NCBI GenBank assembly: GCA_963844885.1
Contig: CAWJQA010000018.1
Coordinates: 208,675-272,674, forward strand
Reading direction: 5' to 3'
DNA length: 64,000 bases
DNA from: an uncultured Holophagales bacterium
GTDB taxonomy: Bacteria; Acidobacteriota; Thermoanaerobaculia; Multivoradales; UBA5704
A model generated the notes under the pieces. It saw only the letters and a program-made list of their open reading frames with translations. It was not told the DNA's origin and did no database searches. Both the position numbers and the translations under genes were made by a program. Shown here piece by piece: positions 26,890 through 36,917 of the stretch; position 1 is the stretch's first letter; each line of letters opens with the position of its first letter.

Positions 26890-27962
26890 AGAGGACGCTC
26901 GACCGGCTCACGCGCCAGGCTCGGGAGGACTCCGAGGAGCTCTCGCGGCAGCAGGAAGCGCTGCGGGAAGCCTACCGGGATCTCCGTCTTCGGGCGAGTG
27001 AGGCCGGCCACACCCTTCCGGACCTCGCGGAGCGCATCGAGGATCTGTCGCGCGGCAAGGACGAGCCTTCGCTGGAGAGGGCGCGGCAACTCGCCGCCGA
27101 CCTTGCGGCCGAGCTGGACCGGCAGCGGCAGGAGGTGCTCCGGTGGTGCCGTTCGCTGCTCGACCGGCGGATGGCCGAAATCCGCGCCACCGCCGAGGCG
27201 CTGCGCCGCACCGGCACGCCCTTCACTCTTCCGGAAATCCCACTCCTGCAAGAAGACGCCAGCCCCGGCGACGCGATCCTGGCTCTGAAGCGCGCCGAAG
27301 AGGTCGGGGCCCTCCTTCTCGCGGCCGTGGAGACGGCGCTTCACTCCTGCGAAGAGCGGCGGCTCCAGGCCCAGGCCGCTCTCCAGCAGCTCCGTCCGGA
27401 GTCGCTCGGACCCGACGAGCGGGAGACCGTAGCTCAGCTTCTCCAGGAGCTGGACAAGGGATCCTGGGCCGACTCCGAAAACCTTGTCGAGCGCTTCGAG
27501 CTCCTGTCCCAGGTGGTCGAGATGTGTGACCTCCTCTTTCAGCGGCTGAACGAGGAAGAGCGCTCCGCCCGTTCCCGGCGCGAAGCCCTCCGCCGCCGGC
27601 TCCAACGCCACACCGAGAACCAGATGCGGCGTTTCTCTCCCGACCTCACCGACCGCGTCGCGGACCTGGTTTACGGCATCCCCGACGAGCCGGCCTCCTG
27701 GCGGGCTGTCCAGGAGCAGCTCGGCGTGGCGGAGCTCCTGCTCGCCCGCATCGAAACGCACGCGGCGCGCCTCGCGGCCGAAGAGCTCGACCGCGCCGCC
27801 GAAACCCTCCGCGGCCGGCGCGGCCGGTCCGCCACGCCCGAAGTCCGAACCCTTCTGGCCGATCTGGAGCGCTACTCCGACGAGGAGCTGCCGCCGGTGA
27901 TCCTGCGGACGCGCATTGTGAACGCGGCCCGGAAAGCCGCCCAAGGAGACCCCCGCCCATGA
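26886..27962 (+). CDS. Coiled-coil protein (hypothetical); possibly continuous with the preceding ORF
   Basis: ATG 26886 overlaps the upstream TGA (ATGA). 358 aa of E/R/L/A-rich helical sequence. Its stop overlaps the next ATG. Confidence 0.6.
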   Translation: MKRTLDRLTRQAREDSEELSRQQEALREAYRDLRLRASEAGHTLPDLAERIEDLSRGKDEPSLERARQLAADLAAELDRQRQEVLRWCRSLLDRRMAEIRATAEALRRTGTPFTLPEIPLLQEDASPGDAILALKRAEEVGALLLAAVETALHSCEERRLQAQAALQQLRPESLGPDERETVAQLLQELDKGSWADSENLVERFELLSQVVEMCDLLFQRLNEEERSARSRREALRRRLQRHTENQMRRFSPDLTDRVADLVYGIPDEPASWRAVQEQLGVAELLLARIETHAARLAAEELDRAAETLRGRRGRSATPEVRTLLADLERYSDEELPPVILRTRIVNAARKAAQGDPRP

Positions 27963-29641
27963 CACCCGGCAGCCCGCTCCCGGCCTGGCCCGCACTCGAC
28001 GCGGGCGACCATCCTTTTCCTCAACGTCTCGGCTACGAGCGCGCGGTCTGGGGCAAAGTCCACGCCTCTCCCGGAGACTATCGATGGATCGCGGCCTCGC
28101 CGTCCTTCGCCCCCGCCCTCCAGCAGATCGAGCGCGAATTGCAGCTCGGCAGCGAGGACGTGCCAGAGCGGGCCACCCACTGGCGCAACACCGGCGAGCA
28201 CTGCCTCGCCATGGTCTGCTACCCCAGCCGCGCCGCCGACGCCGCCGGCCGTTCCAACTTCCTGGAAAAGCAGATCCTTGCCTGGAGGCGCCCCGCCGAG
28301 GTTCCGGCGGTGCTCGGAGCCCTCCTCCTCTTGCCGCGGATCGCGCAGGCGGATGACGACATCTGGTGGGACAAGCCCGCGCAGAGCCGCTGGTCGGAGG
28401 ACGACACCCTTTCCATCCCTCCGGAGGACCATCCGCCCGTCCCCGTTTCACCGGATACGCTCGCCGAAGCCGTCGCCCGGGGGACGGCCGAGCTGCGTGC
28501 AGCCCTCCACGAAGACTCCCTCACCGATCTTTACGCCCACATCCTGGCCGGTCATCGCGCCGTGCCCCTGGCCGGCCTCGCCGCGCCGCTCGGCCCTGAA
28601 GCCGTGGCCGCCCTCCTGCTGCCGCTCCCGCGCGCCCTCGCCGACGGCTACTCCGTCGCCGGCTGGCTCCCTTCGCGGCGGTTGCCCGACCTGGCCGAGC
28701 TGCAGCGGTGCTGGGGCGTCGTGCTCGGAGGCGCCACTCTGCCGCCGCCACCGCCCGTGTCGCCGTCTCCCGAACAGCGCCGCCAGGCGCAGACGCTGGC
28801 CCAGGCCATCCTGGCCAACGACCCGGCCATCCTCACCGGCGCGCCGACCCCTGCCGCCGCCCCGGTGGCTGTTTCCGGAGGCCCTTCCCCGATCCGCCTC
28901 GCCATGTGGGGCCCCTCTTCCGCCGGCAAGACGGCGCTCCTCGCCAAGCTCTACCTGGAAGACGACGAAGAGATCGACTGGGAGGTCTTCCCGACCGCGA
29001 CCTCGCTCCAATTCATCCAGGACATGCGCGCCCACATGCGGACGAGCAACGCCTTCCCGCCGGCCACTACCGGCTCCGTCGAACAGATCGAATATCAGTT
29101 CCGCCACCGCTTGGCCGGAACCGAGGCCTCCCTCCGCCTGGAAGACCGGGCCGGCAGCGAGTCCGAGAAACTCACCGACGCGATCCGCGTGCAGCTAGGC
29201 GAGGCGCACGGGCTCGTCCTCGTCTTCGATCCCCTGGCCGAAGGGTCGTCTCTGGAAAGCCAGGTCTGGCGTACCCTCGAGCACGTCCACGTGGCGAGCG
29301 GCCGGCGCGTCCACAAAGACAGCCGCCCCATCGCCGTCTGTGTCTCCAAGGCGGACGTCCTCATCGAGACGATCGACGACCTGAGGAGCGCGCGGGAAGA
29401 CCCCGACGGCTTCGTCCGCCGGCGTGATCGTATGGGCCTGGTCAAGGCTCTGGACCGGTTCTGCAGCAACTACCGGCTATTTCCCGTCTCCGCCGCCGGC
29501 ATCCGGGTGCGCCACGGTGTGATCGAGCCCGTGGTCTTCTACGATGAAGGCCTGAGCCCCCGCCTCTGTCCCGGAGGCCGTCCTCTCAACGTCAAGGCGC
29601 CTTTCGCCTGGCTTCTGGAACAAGTGACGAGTCGATCGTGA
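27959..29641 (+). CDS. Ras-like (TRAFAC-class) P-loop GTPase with a ~310-aa unknown N-terminal domain
   Basis: 560 aa. G1 is AMWGPSSAGKTALL (28910-28933), G3 is LEDRAGSE, G4 is CVSKADV and G5 is FPVSAAG. The N-domain (ERAVWGKVHASPGDYRWIAAS...) is repeated in the next locus. Confidence 0.75.
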   Translation: MTPGSPLPAWPALDAGDHPFPQRLGYERAVWGKVHASPGDYRWIAASPSFAPALQQIERELQLGSEDVPERATHWRNTGEHCLAMVCYPSRAADAAGRSNFLEKQILAWRRPAEVPAVLGALLLLPRIAQADDDIWWDKPAQSRWSEDDTLSIPPEDHPPVPVSPDTLAEAVARGTAELRAALHEDSLTDLYAHILAGHRAVPLAGLAAPLGPEAVAALLLPLPRALADGYSVAGWLPSRRLPDLAELQRCWGVVLGGATLPPPPPVSPSPEQRRQAQTLAQAILANDPAILTGAPTPAAAPVAVSGGPSPIRLAMWGPSSAGKTALLAKLYLEDDEEIDWEVFPTATSLQFIQDMRAHMRTSNAFPPATTGSVEQIEYQFRHRLAGTEASLRLEDRAGSESEKLTDAIRVQLGEAHGLVLVFDPLAEGSSLESQVWRTLEHVHVASGRRVHKDSRPIAVCVSKADVLIETIDDLRSAREDPDGFVRRRDRMGLVKALDRFCSNYRLFPVSAAGIRVRHGVIEPVVFYDEGLSPRLCPGGRPLNVKAPFAWLLEQVTSRS

Positions 29642-31111
29642 AAAATCTTTCGCAATGGCCTTCCCTCGCCGCCGGCACAGGAGCCGGCTGGCCCGACAAG
29701 CTTCATTACTCCCGCGCCGTCTGGGGAAAAGTCCACGGCGCCCGCTCGGACTATCGCTGGATCGCCCTCAGCGCCGGTTTAGTCCCCGAGCGGGACCTTC
29801 ACGAGCAGCTCAATGTGGGCGTCGAGGATGAACCGGAGTCGACATTGCTCTGGCGGAACCTCAGCGGACGCTGCCATGCCGTGAGCTGTTACTCCGAGCC
29901 GGGCCACGGATGTCTCGGGTCGAGGAAATTTCCTGGAAAAGCAGGTGCTTTCCTGGGACCGAAGTGACCTCCCGGCAGCCCTGGGAGCCCTGCTTCTCCT
30001 TCCGCACGCCGCCGGCCTCACCGACAGCCATCTGGTGGAGCCGCTACGAAGGCCAGCCCTGGACGGAGGAGGGCTTCTCCTTGCCGATCGAGGCTTCGGA
30101 CCATGAGCCGCTCCCCGTCAATCAAGAGACCTCGCCTCGACCATGAAAATGGGACTTGCCGAGATCCGGAGCAACTTCGGGATCGAGCCTCTCCAGACCC
30201 TTTATTCCGCTCTTCTTGCCGGCAGCAAACCAGCCTTTCTGACTGGCGCGCCCAGCCTCTGTCGGCCGCAGCGCTGGCGGCGCTCCTCCTTCCTCTCCCG
30301 CGCGAGCATGCCGACAGCCTTTCTCTGGCGGCCTGGGTCCCGTCACGCCGCGTCTCGGAGAAACAGGCAAAGCTCTGGGATGTCATCGTCCTTCCTCCCG
30401 GACGGGCTGATCTGGGGGTGAAGCCGGCCGTGGTGGATCGTCATTGCCGGGACGAGGGACGGCGTCTGGCTGAGTACTCCTTGGCCTGGGCTCTGAGCCT
30501 CTGGCGGGTCTGCCGCCGCAGTCCTTCGGGCCGGTGGAGGAACTCCCTTCGCCACCGAGAAAGCCGGAGCCGACCGCGGTGCCTTCCGGGCGGCCAGTCC
30601 CGGGACACACGATCGAGCTGAGGCCCCAGCTGCCCGGGGCGGTCGAAGCTTTGAAAAATCTCCACGCTTTCGCCATGCGCGACGGATCGCCGCTGGCTCG
30701 ATGCCGATGCGCTGGCGGGTTGAAGCCCGGCCAGATCCAGCTCCGGGATTCTCCGATCCCGGCTGGCTCCAAACTCTCCGATAAGCAGCGCCCCACCTGG
30801 GTGGACAAACACAGTGGGCCGTCAAGCTCGACCTGCTGCGCTGCGCCGCCCTGGTCCTCCACCCCCATCCTAACGCCGCCATGCCGAAGACCGTAAGATT
30901 CCGCCGCTCCATTTCGCCTATCGCTGTCCCGACCAATCTCGACCTTTTGGGCAACCTCGGACCGACGAAGCTCCAAGAGGCTCTGGAACAGAGTCTGAAC
31001 CTAGGGCGCAATCCGCGGACAAAAAGAATGAGGGAGCTTGCTCGTGCGCTGGAGAAACCGAGACGAAACGGCGGGATCTGGATATCAGGAGATGGTCGAG
31101 CGACACCTTGA
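29638..31111 (+). pseudogene. Decayed paralogue of the preceding gene (N-domain recognisable, P-loop lost), needing at least 4 frame changes
   Basis: GTG 29638 overlaps the upstream TGA. SRAVWGKVHGARSDYRWIALS..LLWRNLSGRCHAVSCY parallels ERAVWGKVHASPGDYRWIAAS..THWRNTGEHCLAMVCY. Homology continues in other frames: GNFLEKQVLSW..ALGALLLLP at ~29920-30000, and AALAALLLPLPREHADSLSLAAWVPSRR at ~30265-30350. At the expected P-loop position (~30612) the sequence reads IELRPQLPGAVEAL. The last open frame ends at 31111. Confidence 0.55.
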
Positions 31112-31114
31112 AAT

Positions 31115-32216
31115 CTACTTCGGCGTGAGCTCGACCACGTACCCCGGAGCGGCACCGCGGGCTATCACGCCCTCGCGCGCCTTCAAAACGGCGGCTGCCG
31201 CGTCCGGAACAAAAGAGGACGACTCGAAAGCGAGCGAAGGAAGGGAAGCAAGGCGGGCGTACTGGTTGCGAACGCCCTGGAGCAGATCGCGCCGGAACTC
31301 GATCGCGGCGAGGCCGAGGTCCATCGGCGGATCGTGATAGATCGTCACCAGCTCGATGCCCGCGCGATGCAAGGCCATGACCTCCATATCTACATCTAGG
31401 GCCCTGGCGCTCACGTCGGCACCCTTGGGCAGCGGATGTTGGATGGATTGGCCGGGAGAGTCGCCCCAGATCACAACCACCTTGCGCGCATCGCCATTCC
31501 AACGCAGCCGCTGGCAAGCGTGCAGCGCGTCCGCCAACGCATCCACGAAATCCCCGCCTGGCGTGGGAGGGATCGCCGTCAGCGCTGATCGCAGTCGAGC
31601 CGCGTCCAGCGGCCGGAACCCTCGCTCGTCCTCCCTGGGATGCAGCTCGTAGATGGGCGCAAGATCCGGAGCCACAGCCCCATCGGGCATGCGGTCTCCA
31701 AAAGCGAGGACAGCGAAACGGGCATCGGAAGCACCTTCGGCGCAGGTTTCGGCGAACCGGACCAGCCGATCGATCTGCTCTTTCCAGGCGTCGCCGTCCT
31801 TGAGCAGCAGGTCTGCCGCAAGCCCTTTCTCATGCTTGAACCGGCGGGTCGTGGCGTCCACGACCAGAGACCAGGTCGAGGCTCTCCGTGTGCGAAACGG
31901 TCCCCAGCAGCGGCAACAAATCGTGACGGCCTTCCACCGGTAGAGTGAGCACGCTCCGCCCGGGGCTGGTGACCTGGAGGCCACCGCTCTCCCCGGTCTC
32001 CACCTCAATCGACACCGACTCTCCGCTTTCTGCCTGAACCTCAGCACGAAGCACGACCTCGCCGCCTTGAGTAAACACCAGGTGCAACCCAGAGGCACCG
32101 GGCAGGCACGCCAGACGAAGCGAGCACGTCGAGCCGGCGCCGTTCAGTGGGAGCGGGACTTCCTCTGGAGAGCCCTTCGGCAGAGAGACGACGCGTAGGG
32201 TGAAGGTGGTCATCAA
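31115..32216 (-). CDS. Beta-sandwich N-domain plus vWA-like domain with degenerate MIDAS; one frame break near 31862
   Basis: Track ORFs 31830..32216 (MMTTFTLRVVSLPKG...TESLDLV) and 31115..32098 (..SLVVDATTRRFK...VVVIWGDSPG...) join as ..LDLVSLVVDATT.. if one nt is restored in tct-tgg. A beta-1 strand followed by DxTxR, and later an hhhhGD motif, fit a vWA fold. Its ATG overlaps the stop of the upstream gene. Confidence 0.55.
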
Positions 32217-34402
32217 TGGTTACCCTCGAGCTGCGTGCCCAGGCCGGATGTCATTGGCTCAGTCGTATTCAATGGATCTGCCGCCTTGTCACCACCACCC
32301 TTAGCGACGGGGGGCTTTCCTTCAGAAGGCTTAGTCAACCTTAGCCCGCGAACGAACGCGGGCAGCTTCTCTAGTGCTGGCAGAGCTTTCTCGGGAGGAA
32401 ACTCAGTGCATGTCTTTCCCAAGCCAAAATCAAAAGCGGGCACCTCTTGTTTGGATTTTGTTGTCGTGGGCACTTCTGGTAAAGGAGGATCCCAGATCAA
32501 ACAAGAGACCGATGCAAGCATCCTTCCGCTGTCGTTATCTCTGAGTTGTCTTGCATCTATAGTCTTAAGTGCCGTCTTAACGGCAGTGCGGCTGTCATAG
32601 ATATTCCAAACATTAGGATTAACCGCCCCTGGACTCAGGCGTATGACTTCCAGCTTCATAACCCCGAATAGGAGAGGGCCAGCCCAGTCTGGCTTTGCCC
32701 TTCCCCTCCTTCCCCTAAGGACCGACGTTAGCTCATACTGTCTGTCCTGCAAACCTGCAAAGCGCGCGAAGTGAAGGTTGTAGAAAATTTTAACATTGGG
32801 CTCTTGGCGCTTTTCTGCCTCCGCCAGGATTGCATCCACGATTGTTACAAACTTCGTTTCATTCTCAGTGATCTCCGGCGTTTCTGCTGCCGGAGTGCCA
32901 GTCGCTTCCGCTGGCGGAGTCTCTGGCGGAGTCTCTGCCGGAGTCTCTAACTCGGGCTTTTTTCGCATCTCCTGCATGTAGTCAATCAAGCTATTCGACA
33001 GCGGAATGATGCTCAAGCCCACAAGCAATCCCAAACCTGCAGCAAAGAGCGGCCCACGGAGGAAACTCTTCCAAGACCATCTATCAGTAAAGCCCCACAA
33101 GCCTTTCTTGCCGCCCGCCGTTCTACGCGTGACTTCAAGCGGGAGTTTGCCGGAAGCTTTCTCCAACTCGGAGACCCGCTCCTCCAGACTCGGCCTGACC
33201 AGGGCGTACAGGACCACCGACTCGAAGTCTTCAGGAAACCAGGAGAGGTTTTCCGTGAAGGCCCGGAGCTGCTCTTCTGCGCGCCCGTCCACCGGGCAGA
33301 CGAGATGGCAGCCGGCCGGGATCGTTTGCCGGCTTTCCTCGATCGCGACGAGCCTTGGAGGGCGAACCGGCTCCACCACCAGGAAGCTCGACGCGGACAG
33401 CTCGCCACCCTCTCCCTTGACCGAAGAGACGCGCACGGTCCGGTTACCTTTCCTGGATTCGCTGAGAGCCACAATGAGACCGCCCTTGGCCCGCAACGCC
33501 TTCTGCAAATCCAGGACGGCTGAGTTGAGCTGATCGATTCCCTTGAGAGGCACGTCCGTGACGAGGTGATCCGGAAGGCGCTCGTTGGCATGCACGAAGA
33601 GGCGGTAAGCTTCTTTCGGCGTGGAGAGTGTGACAGTGAAATCGTAGGTTTCAGCAGGGCTCTGATCGCGCCGGTAGAAGAAGCTGACAGGCTTGCTCAT
33701 GGTCACGCCACTCCAATCTCTTGCGGTAAGGTTTTCATTCTTTAATGCTTGGGAGAAAACTCCTCTCTCCCTGTCAAATTGTTCCATGCCACGGATGTGG
33801 CGGCACAGAGCCGCGAACGCCAGATCCTGACGGTCGTCGACGCTTTGGGTGCCTGTCCATCGCTTCCACTCACGAAGGCCTCGCACCAAGGCTCGCCACC
33901 AATCCAGGTTGGTGCGCTTTGTAGCGTATCCTTCGAGCTGAACAACCTCGACGGCCGCTCTGCCGAGGGCTCCCGGTGGATGAAGGCTGGCCGCCAGCTC
34001 GAAGACGGGGAGGGCACCGTTGAAATCCGCTCCCATGTCCAGAAGCCCGGGTCGCGTTCTCGACACCACCGCAAACGTCTTCCAACCCCGCTCCCGCAGA
34101 GCGCTTCTAACCTCCCTGGGCTCCGCCCGGATCCGAGCCGCCAACTGAGACACAGGATGCGGCGCGCGCCTTGCCGGTAGCGTCTGGATCCACATACGCA
34201 CGTTTTCGGCGAGATCGCTCCAGCAGGCATCCTCGCTCCGCCCTCCGATCGAAGCTTGGACGAAAGTATCCCGGGTTGTCTGCGCGCCCGCCTCCACATA
34301 AATCCTCTCGAAGAGACCTGCCGCGTTTCTGTAACCCGCGTCCAACAGCTCTTGAACGAGGCGGGCCGAGACCCGCGGAGGCTGAGACGGCTTGCAGGCC
34401 AC
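32213..34402 (-). CDS. Large hypothetical protein with a central TM segment and a Pro/Glu/Thr-rich linker
   Basis: Intact 729-aa ORF. The TM-like segment is LFAAGLGLLVGLSIIPL. The linker is PELETPAETPPETPPAEATGTPAAETPE. The C-terminal third is encoded by visibly AT-richer DNA. I recognise no family. Confidence 0.65.
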   Translation of the reverse strand: MACKPSQPPRVSARLVQELLDAGYRNAAGLFERIYVEAGAQTTRDTFVQASIGGRSEDACWSDLAENVRMWIQTLPARRAPHPVSQLAARIRAEPREVRSALRERGWKTFAVVSRTRPGLLDMGADFNGALPVFELAASLHPPGALGRAAVEVVQLEGYATKRTNLDWWRALVRGLREWKRWTGTQSVDDRQDLAFAALCRHIRGMEQFDRERGVFSQALKNENLTARDWSGVTMSKPVSFFYRRDQSPAETYDFTVTLSTPKEAYRLFVHANERLPDHLVTDVPLKGIDQLNSAVLDLQKALRAKGGLIVALSESRKGNRTVRVSSVKGEGGELSASSFLVVEPVRPPRLVAIEESRQTIPAGCHLVCPVDGRAEEQLRAFTENLSWFPEDFESVVLYALVRPSLEERVSELEKASGKLPLEVTRRTAGGKKGLWGFTDRWSWKSFLRGPLFAAGLGLLVGLSIIPLSNSLIDYMQEMRKKPELETPAETPPETPPAEATGTPAAETPEITENETKFVTIVDAILAEAEKRQEPNVKIFYNLHFARFAGLQDRQYELTSVLRGRRGRAKPDWAGPLLFGVMKLEVIRLSPGAVNPNVWNIYDSRTAVKTALKTIDARQLRDNDSGRMLASVSCLIWDPPLPEVPTTTKSKQEVPAFDFGLGKTCTEFPPEKALPALEKLPAFVRGLRLTKPSEGKPPVAKGGGDKAADPLNTTEPMTSGLGTQLEGNH

Positions 34403-34413
34403 TTTCGAATCGA

Positions 34414-36908
34414 TCAGGAAGCGGCATCTCTTCCGATCTCAGCCAGAGAGCCGCGTCGCCGCATCCAATCCGCGACGCTGGTCACGAAGTCGGGATTGGT
34501 CCAAAAATCGAACTGTCAGCTCCCCTCAAAGCGCTCAGAGCGTAGGAGCCGAGAGCCTCTTCGACCGACCTGCGCCTGGCCGCCAAAGCCTGCGGCTGGC
34601 GTTGCCCGGCGTTCTCGTAAAGGAGCGCGGACTGCGCAAGATCGAGAGCCGGAAGCGACCAGGGATCGCGCGACATGGCGAGGAGAGGTCGAAGGCTTGT
34701 CGAATGTACCGGCGAATTCCGAGTACTTCAGGACGAGAACGTGGGCTTCGCGTCCCTGGAAGAACGGCTCGTTCCGGATCGTCTCCACCAGCACCGCGAG
34801 TGCTCCCAGGTCGGCCGCCTTCCGAGCCAGGTCTCCGATCTGATCTTCTTCAAAGGGTGGATCCAGGGCCACGAGCGGCGCTCCAGGAATTTCGCTTCTA
34901 TCGCTTATTTGGGGGGAGATCGCAGACCACCTTTTTCCACGCCTCCAGGTGAGCCTCCCGGCCTTTCGTCCAGGCGTCACCGGTGATCCATGCCATGGCT
35001 CGGCCTGAAGCTGAGCATGATCCAGCTTAGGCTCCTGCCTCCATGCGTACCACCAGCCGCTTTCGATCAGGGCGCGAGTCGTTTCCTCCAACCTCTCCAG
35101 CATCAGCCTGTCGAGGATGCGGAAAAACCGCGGGAAATCATCCTCCTGTATCGTTCGGGGAAGCTCGGTGAGCAGGCGCTTCGCGAAGCCGTTCTCCGAG
35201 CCGGGTGATTGGGTGCCCCGAAGACCTCGGTCAGGAGGAGATAGAGTCCCGGGTCTGCCGTAGGCCGGAGATCCTTGCCGGCTGCGAAGAGGAGAGGTGC
35301 CAGATCGCGTGGCAGGTCCGGGTGACGATCCGGACCGGCTCGAGCACCTGGCGCGGCAGATCTCGCCAGGTTTTCGGAAACAAAAAGTCCGGAATCGCCA
35401 GGAAGCGGCGAGCCATCTCGATAGAGCCCGCCTCCTCGGTCCTTGCGAAGAGCTCGCCAGCCCAGTCAGAGGCGACTCCTCCTTTGCGGACCTCGTCCGC
35501 GAGGAAAGTGAAAACCCTCTTATCCGCCGCCAGGTCCGCGAGCCGGCGTGCCGGGAGCTTGCACATCCGCGCCGCCGCTGCCGCATTGCTCACGAGCTTT
35601 CGGTCCAACAGATCCATCAGCTTCCGGACCTTGCCGAGATCGGCGCCGTCCCACCACTCGTCCAGCCGTTCGTCGATGCTCCATCCCTTCTTCTGGGCCA
35701 GGATCTCTTCCACGGTCCCCTGAAAACCCTGTGCTCCTGGAGGCATGGAGCTTGTATCGAGAAGCACCAGCGCCTGCAAAGCGTCGGATGGAAAGGCGGA
35801 CCATTCCTCGGGAGTGATCAGTCGATCCCAGATCTCTCCCGGGCCGAGCCACTGAGCAACCTTCGGCAGGTAGCTCAACAGGAGTTGTTTCCGGTCTTCC
35901 AGGCTCCCAGCCAGAACCACCGCAAGGTTGTAGGTCGGCTCGATCGCCCGCACGCTCTCCGGATCGGGGAGGCTGCGAGACGGCAAAGGCGCCTCGAACC
36001 GCTTACTGAACCGCTCACTGAACAGGCCGAGGCCCTCGGGGATCTTGACCGCTCTTTTCAGCCACCGCCTCGGCATAGGCGAGCGCGGACCGCTCCACGG
36101 CCGGTCCTGCCAGACGCCCACCGTTCCGATCAAGCAGGATGGCCTCGCGGCGGACTCCGAGAGCCTGGCTCGCCACCTCCTCCGGCACCACCACCAAGGT
36201 GGCCTTGAGATGACCAAGGAAAAGCTCGGGTGTCCGGGTGTAGAGGCGGACGCTGCAGTCGCGTTTGAGCCCGGCAGGCAACGCCCCCACGGGCAAACGA
36301 AACCAGGGCATGAAGAGGTGATCCGGCGGCAAACTCCATCACCGGTGCCGCGATGATCAGCGGGCGCCTCTGAACACAGGCCTGAAACAGATGAGCCAGA
36401 AAAGAAACAGCCGCCGGGGAATTCCCTTCGACATCCTTCGGCCGGGTCATCCATGGGGCAGACTCGACGCGGCCGAGCTTCCGGTGTACGCATGCCCGGA
36501 TCCTTGTCCCGCCAGGGTTTCTCAAACGCTTCGCTCTGTCCTCGAAGAGCCTGGATCAAAACCCGGCGACATCGGCGAGTCGAGGTCCCAGGCAAAGCCC
36601 TGGGAGAAGTAGGCGACCCGGAGGTCGTAGACTCCCGCCGGGCACCAGCCGTTACCACGAATTGCCGGCCGGACGCGCTGAAGCAGGACCAGGCTTCCAG
36701 GCCATCCTTCAACCTCTCGTGATCGACCCGGTTCCGAGTCCAAGGTCATCCACGGCCGGATGACCTCGAGCAGCTTCGCGTCTTTCAGGTTTTTGCTCGC
36801 GTCCAGGTACTGCTCGCCATGCGCCACGGACTGACCGGGACCTTCCCCGATCCCTTTCGTGGACTGGCCCCGGTAGACCCAGTCAAGCCTTGGACGATTG
36901 TCATCCAT
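34414..36908 (-). pseudogene. One or two heavily frameshifted genes of unknown function (at least 6 frame changes)
   Basis: Protein-like segments are scattered over all three minus frames. These include MDDNRPRLDWVYRGQSTKGIGEGPGQSVAHGEQYLDASKNLKDAKLLEVIRPWMTLD (36908 down), RPLIIAAPVMEF, and LPPDHLFMPWFRLPVGALPAGLKRDCSVRLYTRTPELFLGHLKATLVVVPEEV. Further segments are AVKIPEGLGLFSERF...VLEPVRIVTRT, FAKRLLTELPRTIQEDDFPRFFRILDRLMLERLEETTRALIESGWWYAW, and DPPFEEDQIGDLARKAADLGALAVLVETIRNEPFFQGREAHVLVLKYSEFAG. The last one, DFVTSVADWMRRRGSLAEIGRDAAS, ends at the stop at 34414. Confidence 0.45.
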
Positions 36909-36917
36909 GCCGCAAGC

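Noticed and set aside
30534-31111. ORFs 30534..30896 and 30881..31111 as independent small genes at the end of the + array.
   Set aside because: They lie in register with the decayed paralogue of the GTPase gene and have no ribosome-binding or coupling signals of their own. I treat them as fragments of that pseudogene, though the 3' 500 nt could not be aligned convincingly.
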